Of a DNA stretch of 64,000 nucleotides, positions 1 to 8,612 are shown piece after piece (the stretch's first letter is position 1; each line of letters begins with the position of its first letter). The DNA is taken from sequence record KT919973.1. One strand, 5' to 3'. Below the pieces are notes generated by a model. The model did not search any database. It saw nothing but the letters and a program-made list of their open reading frames with translations, and was not told the origin of the DNA. The position numbers and the translations under genes are program-made.

Positions 1-23
1 CTTTTTTTGTATCTGAAACATGA

Positions 24-50
24 CATAAGTACTCATAACAGTATATGAGT
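24..50 (+). promoter_or_regulatory. Late-promoter variant CATAAGTA (24-31) followed by hairpin ACTCATA/TATGAGT (31-37/44-50) overlapping the RBS
   Basis: 2 mismatches to T4 late consensus TATAAATA; the same 8-mer precedes the gene at 32744; 7-bp inverted repeat read directly. Confidence 0.4.
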
Positions 51-60
51 GAGACTTATC

Positions 61-612
61 ATGGCATTTATGAAAAAAGAGAAAGACACAAAAGACATTA
101 CAGAAGCAGATGTACAGTACGCAATTGCCGTACAAAGCGTATGGATTCACAAGAGATACACAGCGGTTATACCAAACTGTTACACCAAGTTCGATAATGA
201 AGCTGATTTATTTGGTATTCGACCAAGTGGTTTATGTGATGAGATTGAAATCAAAGTATCTAAAGCAGATTATCGAGTTGACGAGCAGAAAACTGTTCTA
301 ATCGAAAATGAGTCTTACGATCACTGGCGTGACAAGTATACCAAAACACCAAAACGTGATGCATTGCAAGATGGTAAAATGAGCAATTACTTCTGGTATG
401 CATTCCCGAAAGGTCTTGTCGACCATGCTGATGTACCTGAGTGGGCTGGTATAATCGAAGTAGATGGTTTTCTCAATGCAAGAGAAGTAAGAATGCCAAA
501 ACGTCTACATGGTGGAAAGATGACAATCGAAGAGCAGTTAAAGCAAATCAAGAAATTGGGCTTTCGATTCTGGAATCTGGTTAAAAAGAACAAGAAGAGC
601 GAAGCGAAATAA
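61..612 (+). CDS. PD-(D/E)XK nuclease-like protein (MmcB-like)
   Basis: EADLFGIRPSG...DEIEIKVSKADY fits the D...E-x-K catalytic pattern; start set to ATG 61 after GAGTGAG. Confidence 0.6.
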   Translation: MAFMKKEKDTKDITEADVQYAIAVQSVWIHKRYTAVIPNCYTKFDNEADLFGIRPSGLCDEIEIKVSKADYRVDEQKTVLIENESYDHWRDKYTKTPKRDALQDGKMSNYFWYAFPKGLVDHADVPEWAGIIEVDGFLNAREVRMPKRLHGGKMTIEEQLKQIKKLGFRFWNLVKKNKKSEAK

Positions 613-617
613 CCAAC

Positions 618-697
618 TGAGGCCCAAAAATTGGGCATCATCTTAGTAGTATTAGTAGTTTTAGTGAAGTTAGAGATATTAGTAATATTAGGGGATT
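618..697. repeat. Hairpin (loop AAAAATT) + TCATCT + six tandem 9-mers each starting TAG
   Basis: TAGTAGTAT TAGTAGTTT TAGTGAAGT TAGAGATAT TAGTAATAT TAGGGGATT (644-697); second copy at 56685-56761. Confidence 0.9.
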
Positions 698-718
698 GAA
701 AATAACTTGAGAAAGTTG

Positions 719-747
719 TTGACAGTCCCCTTTTTTGATCGTACTAT
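719..747 (+). promoter_or_regulatory. sigma70-type early promoter
   Basis: TTGACA-17bp-TACTAT. Confidence 0.8.
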
Positions 748-781
748 ACAGTCCTTGAAACAATTTATGTGAGTGAAGACT

Positions 782-1306
782 ATGAACTTGAGTGAACGTG
801 AAGAAGAGCTAAGATCGTTATCGATTGAGCATGTGGACGATGAAGTTGCTGTTACTGTCTCATGTGCTGGCATGCTGAATTACTACACTGTTTGCCCGTC
901 AGAGTTCAAAGACTTTTTGGACAACCATGAGGGAACAGCTTATGTAGCATTTGAATGGCACAACATGCCATGTGATTTACAAGACGAAGAATTAGACTTC
1001 GACGGTCTACTTGCTTGGTTTAATCTCGATGAACAAGAACGTGAAATCTGCGAAGCATTGTATAATAACAACGTTTGTATGTCATTCGAAGATGCAGCCG
1101 AGAAAATCAGTGACTGTTGGGTGTTCGAAGGCACAAGCGAAGACTATGCAAGACATGTAACGTCTGAGCTAATGGGTATTCGCTTAGAAGATATGCCTGT
1201 CATTGTAAGCAGCAACATCAACTGGCGTGATGTATTCATCGACCTTGACGCAGAAGGTAATATCTACGAAATTGGTCGCGACAAATACTTAACAGTACAC
1301 GGTTAA
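782..1306 (+). CDS. ArdA-like antirestriction (DNA mimic) protein
   Basis: Very acidic; C-terminal pattern EGTSEDYARH...MPVIVSSNINWRDVFIDL..EG resembles ArdA (xDYAxE...P..L..YIDYE...RDL). Confidence 0.6.
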   Translation: MNLSEREEELRSLSIEHVDDEVAVTVSCAGMLNYYTVCPSEFKDFLDNHEGTAYVAFEWHNMPCDLQDEELDFDGLLAWFNLDEQEREICEALYNNNVCMSFEDAAEKISDCWVFEGTSEDYARHVTSELMGIRLEDMPVIVSSNINWRDVFIDLDAEGNIYEIGRDKYLTVHG

Positions 1307-1307
1307 A

Positions 1308-1886
1308 ATGAGTAGCACAAAAGGTAAAGTCAACAAAGACGATTACTACGCTACGCCAGACTGGATTGTTGAAGAGTTTCTACTAGAGTTTGAAACTCGC
1401 ATTCAGCATGAGCACGAGAAGAGCATGGCAGGTATGTACGTGCTCGACCCATCATGTGGTGGTTGTTCAGAACACAAAGCAGCATATCCCGTAGCATACA
1501 AGAGTTTGTATCATGTTGATATTGACACAATGGACATTCGCGAAGACAGTCACGCGCAAATTATCGCGAACTATCTTGAAGCTGATGTTCAAGTGAATTA
1601 CTACGATATGATCATGACTAACCCACCGTTCAGCTTATCAGTTGATTTTGCAGAGAAAGCACTGAGCGAAGTCAAGAATGGTGGTTATGTTGTCATGCTA
1701 CAACGTCTTAACTGGCTAGGTAGTATCAAACGAAAGCCTTTCTGGGATGAAGCACCCCTGAGAGCAGTGATGGTTCATCATCGAAGACCATCATTTCACG
1801 GTACAAAAGGCACAGACTCGATTGAGTATGCGCACTTTGTATTTCAAAAAGGTTACGCAGGTAAAGCAGAGATTATAGTAATATGA
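1308..1886 (+). CDS. DNA amino-methyltransferase (probably N6-adenine)
   Basis: Motif I VLDPSCGG and motif IV TNPPF. Confidence 0.85.
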   Translation: MSSTKGKVNKDDYYATPDWIVEEFLLEFETRIQHEHEKSMAGMYVLDPSCGGCSEHKAAYPVAYKSLYHVDIDTMDIREDSHAQIIANYLEADVQVNYYDMIMTNPPFSLSVDFAEKALSEVKNGGYVVMLQRLNWLGSIKRKPFWDEAPLRAVMVHHRRPSFHGTKGTDSIEYAHFVFQKGYAGKAEIIVI

Positions 1887-3027
1887 TTACTTCAGTTGAA
1901 ACTTATGAAGGTCTACTAGACACATTCGACAAACCACAACAAATGAAAATCGTAGATGGTGATGTTCATTATTCACTATTCGGCACTCAGTTGTTTAGTC
2001 GCAAAAGCGAACTATTGCTAGAGACCTACTTGGTTTCAACTGAATCTACGCTCGGTGATGTTTACATGTGGAGAGTGGCATGTCGTTTACGAAAATGAGA
2101 AAAATAAGGGAATCTATGTCCAATTTTAAAGCAAATCTAGCAAGTCGTAGTACGATTAAGATCAATGGTACTGAGTATCACGGTACAAGCGTGACAGTTA
2201 AGAACGGCAAAGTCGTTGTTGACGGTCGTTTGCAAGGTGATATTGATGACCGCGTGGTAAACGTGTACATTGATGGTGACTGTACTCTTGTTCAAAACGA
2301 GAACGGCAATATTGCATGTCGTAACGTACAAGGTGACGTGACAACGACTAATGGCGATATTGAATGTGACGATGTTGATGGTTCAGTATCATCAACAAAC
2401 GGTGATATCAAATGTGGTGATGTTGCTGGTAATGTAAGCACAAACAACGGGGATATTATTCGAAAATGGTAGATAAAACTCGAATCAAAGAAGTAATTGA
2501 CCTCGCGATTGAAAAAATTGAAGCAGGTTCAAATATTGCACACAGCGTGCAAGAGTTTACTCCGTTTGATATTGTCAACTACTTACAAGAAATTGGCTAC
2601 GAAGCTCATGATCTTGAGACAAACGGTTGGCAAGTAGACTTCTGGCAAGATTTCACCAAAGACGGCTGCAAGAAACTTACATTTGCAGGTAGCTGGTATT
2701 TCGGTCAATCAACACTGAGTGAGGCATGTGATGACTAGACAAACAGATTTTTTCGGTCGAGAAATTAAAGACGGTGACTTTGTATTGCGTGCAAAGAACT
2801 CAGGTCGTTCTTACTCAATGAACGTACTGCTCGTTGTTGACTTGCCTGATGGTCGTCGTAAATACCTAGAACTCAGATCTTACGGTGGTGTTAGCAACAA
2901 TGCCAAATTACCTGTCGGTAGTTCAGCGACGATTGTCGAACCTGAAATCGTCGAGCAAAAGTACCCAGATGCTTATCGCGCTGCGTTAGTAGAAGCTGCA
3001 AATCTTCGCACGGTAATCCCTCGATAG
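1883..3027 (+). other. Four hypothetical CDSs: 1883-2098, 2116-2472 (NGDI beta-repeat, DUF4097-like), 2466-2738, 2719-3027
   Basis: Overlapping stop/start junctions and RBSs; repeated NGDI/NGNI motifs in the second ORF. Confidence 0.7.
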
Positions 3028-3030
3028 TTG

Positions 3031-3058
3031 TTGACGTGAGTTGTCAATTGTGTATAAT
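3031..3058 (+). promoter_or_regulatory. Early promoter for the rII cluster
   Basis: TTGACG-16bp-TATAAT with TTGAC/GTCAA inverted repeat. Confidence 0.7.
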
Positions 3059-3083
3059 GCTCTTAAATTGAAGGAGAACTACT

Positions 3084-3221
3084 ATGATTGACAACATGAT
3101 ACGCGACATGATTGAGTCTGAATATGAATTCGATGACATCATTCATTGTCTTGAAAAGCAATACAAGATGCCTCATATAGAAGCAGTGGACGCTCTAAAC
3201 GAGGTAATTAACGATATGTGA
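3084..3221 (+). CDS. 45-aa acidic hypothetical protein upstream of rIIA (below ORF-track cutoff)
   Basis: AAGGAG RBS; MIDNMIRDMIESEYEFDDII... Confidence 0.65.
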   Translation: MIDNMIRDMIESEYEFDDIIHCLEKQYKMPHIEAVDALNEVINDM

Positions 3222-3228
3222 GAAATAC

Positions 3229-5298
3229 ATGATTATTCATACCCCTGAAAGTAAAGTCCAAACATCTGGTAAGATGCGAACGGCTGGCTTTAATATGAAA
3301 GCAAGTGCAAAAGGCTTTCGTATTATTTCGACTACACTATACAAAGACCCTATTCTAGCTATTGTACGTGAATTGACATGTAACGGCTGGGATGCTCATC
3401 AAATGAACAAAAATATCGATAAAGCAATCGAAGTACACTTGCCGAATCAGTTTGAACCATGGTTTGCAGTGAAAGATTTCGGTTGTGGTATGAGCGATGA
3501 CGAGATCTTTGGCGTGTACACGACTGTTTTTGATTCGACGAAAGACGACTCGAACGACGTGATTGGTGCAATGGGTCTTGGTTCTAAGACACCGTTTAGC
3601 TATAACAACGGTCAATCGTTCACTGTTAAGTCAACAAAGAACGGTCTTAAAGCGGTTTACTCTGCTTATCTTGATAATGGCGAACCTGCAATCACTTGTA
3701 TGTCAGAGCCTGCACCAACTGATGAGCCTGATGGTGTTGAAGTAATCGTACCAGTACGTAAAGAAGACTTCAATCGCTTCAAAGAAGCTGCAAACAAAGT
3801 AATGCCGTACTTCAAAGCACCTGCTGTTGAGACGAATATCACTCTTTCTGAGCGTAATTTCACTCATATGGACGGTTACTTCACTGAAAACAAGAAGAAT
3901 TCATGGCGTTCTGGTGATGTTTACGCAGTAATGGGCAATGTTTGTTACCCACTAAGTGAATATCACATTCAAGATATTCATCTAGTTCGAAACTACTTCA
4001 AGAACTCTGATCTATACATTGAATTCCCGATTGGTGAACTCGATGTCAGTGCGTCTCGTGAAGAGCTTCACTATGATGACTATACGATTGACAATATCAA
4101 TAAGCGTGTGAATGAAATCAATTCTAAGTTTCTAGCTGAAGCACAGAAATGGGTTGATGATCAAAACTTTGATTATATCGGTGATGCATATCGCGCTTGT
4201 GACAATCGTTTCAATGACGTTGTGCTGAAGAAGCTGAAGTTTAATGACGAGCTTGTGGCGACTTATGCAAGTCGTATGCTTAAAGATTTCCCGATTATGG
4301 GTAAAACTGTACGTATGCGACCTGAGTGCAGCAATAAAGAAGGTGTTCAACGCAATACCCGTGCTGCGCGTCCGTACGACTTGGTCAACCCGCGTAATGA
4401 TTACTCTAAAAAACCGATTACGGTCATTGTTGACGATTTGAAGTCTGGTGGTGTTGCAATCACAAAAGAATATATTCGTCAAGAAAACGTGAGTATTTTC
4501 TATCATCATGACGATAAGCCGTCTACGACTGCACCGTTGGCATTCTTCAAAGAACGTCTTCGTGATTGTGAGTATCGCGTGTTGAAAACGTCTGATTTGA
4601 AAGCGAATTACACGCCTCAGAAGAAGAGCGTCAAGAAAAAACCAGTGTCAGCTACAATTCGTTTGTATGAAATGCGAATTAATGAAGACGGCGAGCGTAC
4701 AGTTAAAGCATCTGACGTTAAACGCGAAGTATTAAAGAGCGGTTCGTTTCATTACGTAAGTCTGTTCCGTGATTACATTGAGAAAGTACCAGAGTGTGGT
4801 CATGGTCTTGATTACCATCGTTCGTTGGGTATGATCGAGACGATTATGCGTATTAAAGGCATTGATGTTGTTTACATCGCTCGACGTCCTGAGTACGTTC
4901 ACATCAAAGGTAATGAAAATGCTGTAAATATCTTTGATATTAAGTTTAACAAGCGTGAATTGCGTAGTAAAATTGATTGGAAATCATACACAGTTGATAA
5001 CAATCTGTACGGGTATCGCAGTGCGCTTGTGATGACGTGGAATAATGATGCTGTTCGTAATCATTTCGGTTACGCTCGTTCTTATCACACGTGTAATCAG
5101 ACGATTGATCGACTGTGCGACCACTTCTCTGCTATTCGCGACGTTCGAACACAAGAGCAAGAAAAGCACTTAGAGAAGTTGAAAAAGATTCAAAATGAAT
5201 CGAAATATGAATTGCTATTCAAACTTGTTGGTTCTAACACGTGTGAAGAATCAACTACAAAACTAATTAAACTCTTGAGAGGAAAACGCAATGGTTAA
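3229..5298 (+). CDS. rIIA: RIIA protector from prophage-induced early lysis
   Basis: GHKL-type N-terminus (LYKDPILAIVRELTCNGWDAH, VKDFGCGMS, GAMGLGSKTPF); 689 aa; precedes rIIB. Confidence 0.95.
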   Translation: MIIHTPESKVQTSGKMRTAGFNMKASAKGFRIISTTLYKDPILAIVRELTCNGWDAHQMNKNIDKAIEVHLPNQFEPWFAVKDFGCGMSDDEIFGVYTTVFDSTKDDSNDVIGAMGLGSKTPFSYNNGQSFTVKSTKNGLKAVYSAYLDNGEPAITCMSEPAPTDEPDGVEVIVPVRKEDFNRFKEAANKVMPYFKAPAVETNITLSERNFTHMDGYFTENKKNSWRSGDVYAVMGNVCYPLSEYHIQDIHLVRNYFKNSDLYIEFPIGELDVSASREELHYDDYTIDNINKRVNEINSKFLAEAQKWVDDQNFDYIGDAYRACDNRFNDVVLKKLKFNDELVATYASRMLKDFPIMGKTVRMRPECSNKEGVQRNTRAARPYDLVNPRNDYSKKPITVIVDDLKSGGVAITKEYIRQENVSIFYHHDDKPSTTAPLAFFKERLRDCEYRVLKTSDLKANYTPQKKSVKKKPVSATIRLYEMRINEDGERTVKASDVKREVLKSGSFHYVSLFRDYIEKVPECGHGLDYHRSLGMIETIMRIKGIDVVYIARRPEYVHIKGNENAVNIFDIKFNKRELRSKIDWKSYTVDNNLYGYRSALVMTWNNDAVRNHFGYARSYHTCNQTIDRLCDHFSAIRDVRTQEQEKHLEKLKKIQNESKYELLFKLVGSNTCEESTTKLIKLLRGKRNG

Positions 5299-6330
5299 CT
5301 TGCCACTCGAAACAAAACAGTCTATCGTTAAAGCATCTGCTAATGGTATGACACAGAAAGACAACGCGGCGAAGCATGGGACTTCGCCAACCACTCTACG
5401 CCGTGTTCTTGCTGAACATCGTGATGGTAAATTCAGCTTGAATACTGCAAAGCAAGTTGTCAAACGCCCGCGCCGTAAACAACATTGTCAAGACGTATTC
5501 AAAGAAAACCTAGAGAAGTTGCTAGACACTACTGGTACTAAAGAGCCAACGCCTAAGACGAAAGCACCTGAGCCTGAAAAGACTCTTGATCAAAAGCTTG
5601 ACGAGGCGATTGAAGAATTCGCTTATGTAATCACGCCAGTTAACGTGTCTTTTACTGTTGACGGTCAAGCTTATTCTGCCGATATCACAGCACCGAACTA
5701 CAGCAAGATCGTTGAAGCATTGCTAGACAATGACGGTGCTACCGCAGTTGAACTTCTAGATGTAGCAAAAGGCATTGAAGAGTTTATGCTTGGTAATGTC
5801 AAAGTGAAAGGTGGCGTTGTTAAGTACAAAGACCTTGATATCGATGGTGGTATGACTGGTCGCATTCTTGAAGCTATGGAAGATGGTGACAAGACTCAAG
5901 TGACTAAACTCGTGAAGTTCTTCGAGAATCTAATCGAGAACCCATCGCGTCGCGCTGTCGAAGAGCTTTACGGCTTCTTAGAAGCTGCTGATATCGAACT
6001 AACCGATGATGGTCACTTCTTAGCGTACAAAAAGATTCGCGACAACTACAAAGACATTCACAGTAACAAAATGTGCAATAAGCCAGGTACACGTGTATGG
6101 ATGTTGCGTCACCAAGTGAACGACAACAAAGATCAAACTTGTTCGCTGGTCTACACGTGTGCTCTAAGGGTTATTTACCACACTTCGGTGGAGCTGCGGG
6201 TAATCGTATTGTACTGTGTAAAGTCAACCCACGTGATGTTGTGTCAGTACCCTCTGATTATAACAACACAAAATTAAGATGTAGCGAGTATCTAGTTCTG
6301 AAAGAGCTAGACCGTAACACACTAAAATGA
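5291..6330 (+). pseudogene. rIIB: rIIB with an apparent 1-nt deletion between 6144 and 6145 (or a sequencing error)
   Basis: Conserved rIIB text ...NDNKDQTCS continues as AGLHVCS...KVNPRDVVSVPSDYNNTKLRCSEY only in the frame of ORF 6097-6330. Confidence 0.85.
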
Positions 6331-6482
6331 TTAGTCTAGAACTGATTAAAGTCATTATGTTTATGCGCGAGAACGATAGTCATCGCGCTAATTATCATGA
6401 TGACGAGACTGGTGAGTTTCATGTAGTAACCCGTCGAGAAGACGGGTTCTATATTGAAGGGACTAAGATATGTGAACTATGA
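6327..6482 (+). CDS. 51-aa hypothetical protein
   Basis: ATGA overlap with the rIIB stop; open to TGA 6480-6482. Confidence 0.5.
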   Translation: MISLELIKVIMFMRENDSHRANYHDDETGEFHVVTRREDGFYIEGTKICEL

Positions 6483-7172
6483 TTTGTGTTTGCAATTGTC
6501 AAAATGCCAGCGTTTCGATGCTGGCAATGTCGTTTCTTTACCACAATGTGGGCATACTACTTTGATGTTGTTCGGGTTATTCTTCTTCATGCGTTCACTC
6601 TTCTTTTCACGTTCTTCAGTTGACATATTTTCTGCACGCTTTCTACTTGCCTCTGAAATCTTGCGACGCGCTTCATCGCTATGAGACTTACCGAACATAC
6701 CATGATTCTCGCCCGAGTTTGCTTCAGATAGTTTTGATTTAGTTTCATCTGACATCGAACCTCTTTTCTTACCTCTCTTTGCTTCTGACATTTTGCGTCT
6801 AGATTCGATTGATGCTTTCTTACCTTTATTGTGCGGGGTTTTGCCTTTCTTAGCCTCTGACATTTTTCTCTTTGATTCATCGGTGTGTTTATAGCCAGTG
6901 ATACGCCCAATACCACCCGGGACTATATTGTAATTGCTCTCTGAAAGTATATACTCGTCAGTTACAATTGATGATTCAAGTTCGTACATTTCGTCTTCAG
7001 TACCAGACGCGATCACCTGCATATCGTCAAATGTGATACCATACTTGCGTATTGCTTGACCGATTGCATAATCTTTACGAGCGTGTTCGTTGAATCTACG
7101 CTTTAAGTCAATGGTTACCCCGATGTACTCTTTTCCATTAACAGGGTTTGTGATTTTGTAGAGATAAGCCAT
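6477..7172 (-). mobile_element. Free-standing GIY-YIG (Seg-like) homing endonuclease with NUMOD3 repeats
   Basis: YLYKITN...EYIGVT...RFNEH; repeats HTDESKRKMSEAKKG and HSDEARRKISEA; antisense to its neighbours. Confidence 0.9.
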
Positions 7173-7203
7173 GTTATTTTCCTTTTCAATGCTTTATACC
7201 ATG

Positions 7204-7211
7204 TATTTATA
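7204..7211 (-). promoter_or_regulatory. T4-type late promoter for the Seg-like endonuclease
   Basis: Exact TATAAATA on the minus strand, about 30 bp upstream of the ATG; AAGGA RBS. Confidence 0.8.
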
Positions 7212-7255
7212 ATAAGACGACGTGTGTTTGCATAATAAAACCAAAATAATTTTAA

Positions 7256-7330
7256 AAAAGGGTTGACTTCGGTCAACCCTTTTGTGTATTATACAACTAC
7301 TGAAACGAAACAACGAAAGAGAACATTATG
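7256..7330 (+). promoter_or_regulatory. Terminator/early-promoter/RBS cassette (PeSL-like)
   Basis: AAAAGGGTTGAC-TTCG-GTCAACCCTTTT hairpin containing -35 TTGACT; -10 TATTAT; ACTGAAACG at +1; GAGAACATTATG. Confidence 0.9.
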
Positions 7331-7942
7331 ACTGCACAACAAATTATCGCTTCACTAGAATCAACATATGACATCGACTATGCTTGTACAACTACTGATG
7401 GTGAAGTTCACACAATCACTGAGTATCGTGAAATCATCGGCTGTCTTGTAGTTTCACCGCGTCGAGGTAGTATTGGTGTTGGTTATGTTCATGATGACGA
7501 CACAGATGAAGTTCAACCGTATGATATTACGTGGTTCTCGTCTGATGACCTAAATTCTATCGAAGTTCACATTGATTGCTTATAAGAGGAAAACATTATG
7601 AAAACTATGAACGCTACTGACTTACGCGCTGTTGAAACACTAGTTGAACAAAATGATGCAGCGGTCGTCGATAAAGAAAAATACCGCAGTGCTCTTGCTT
7701 TCGCATATGGTTGCATGAACGGGATTCAACGAGAAGTATATCGCGATTATCACATGAATGTGTTGGTCGAGCGTTATGACATTGAGTACTGCAACGATGC
7801 GCAAGTGATCTTGCCTTACGGTGAATTGAAGTCAACTATCAAATTCATCAAAGAAACTCTAAGTGCTTCTGACTATGCAGAACTTAAAGAATACTTTCAA
7901 TTCACGATTGCACTGGCGGTGAACGACAATGAAACGATTTAA
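7328..7942 (+). other. Two hypothetical CDSs: 7328-7585, 7598-7942
   Basis: ORF track and RBSs. Confidence 0.75.
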
Positions 7943-8612
7943 GAAACATATTCGAAAATACGATGAGCACGGGGTTGCTCAGTATAATATGCTGATGATA
8001 TTCGGTTTGATGATAGTAATCGCTCTATCAATAGCACTTACTGCGGCAAATATACTATTTTCATTCGAAATACAAAACCCTGACGCGAACATCACAACAC
8101 CGGGTGATTCGTTCTGGACAGTATGGATGGCAATGAGTACAATCGGTTTTGGTGACAAGTACCCTGTCACTACGGGTGGTCGATATGTCATCGGGTGTAT
8201 GTTTGTTGTTGGTACATCGTTACTTGGTTTGACTATTGGTATTATCAACTCATGGGTTGTGTCTAAGTTTGATAAAAGCATTCAGAATCGCGTGTTGAAG
8301 AGTCAGAACGATGCATTATTGCACAAACTAGACCGTCTTGAGACGCATTTAGGCATCGATCAAGAAGTTCGATTTGATAAAGACGCACATGGTATAGATA
8401 CAATAATTGACCAGTATTTTGACAGCAACGAGAAAGCCGATAGATTTGTTACACTTGGTCAAGATGATAGCGGTCGATATGTCGTAGCAATAAATCAGCT
8501 AATGGTCGAAACGCAACATACATCAATGAAGTGGCATACTTTCATCAATGAAAAAGATGCTGTTAAATTCTTTGAAGAAACTAGTGAATTATTTCACACG
8601 GAGCTATTATGA
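7929..8612 (+). CDS. Two-TM potassium channel (KcsA-like) with C-terminal coiled coil and extra domain
   Basis: TM1, pore helix GDSFWTVWMAM, filter STIGFGDKYP, TM2, then LKSQNDALLHKLDRLE. Confidence 0.9.
   Translation: MKRFKKHIRKYDEHGVAQYNMLMIFGLMIVIALSIALTAANILFSFEIQNPDANITTPGDSFWTVWMAMSTIGFGDKYPVTTGGRYVIGCMFVVGTSLLGLTIGIINSWVVSKFDKSIQNRVLKSQNDALLHKLDRLETHLGIDQEVRFDKDAHGIDTIIDQYFDSNEKADRFVTLGQDDSGRYVVAINQLMVETQHTSMKWHTFINEKDAVKFFEETSELFHTELL

Noticed and set aside
618-697. 9-mer arrays (and the 21608 array) as CRISPR or mini-CRISPR
   Set aside because: Units are 9 bp, with no unique spacers of CRISPR length and no cas genes
4132-4509. Long minus-strand ORFs such as 4132-4509, 8698-9060, 36292-36615, 54262-54636 and 63313-63627
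   Set aside because: Antisense shadows of well-supported + strand genes, with no RBS or recognisable motifs
6146-6277. C-terminal LVYTCALRV... tail of ORF 5291-6277 as real protein
   Set aside because: Out-of-frame read-through after the deletion point
6097-6330. Independent 77-aa gene, or programmed -1 frameshift in rIIB
   Set aside because: The sequence is the conserved rIIB C-terminus; no X XXY YYZ slippery site or clear stimulatory structure at the junction
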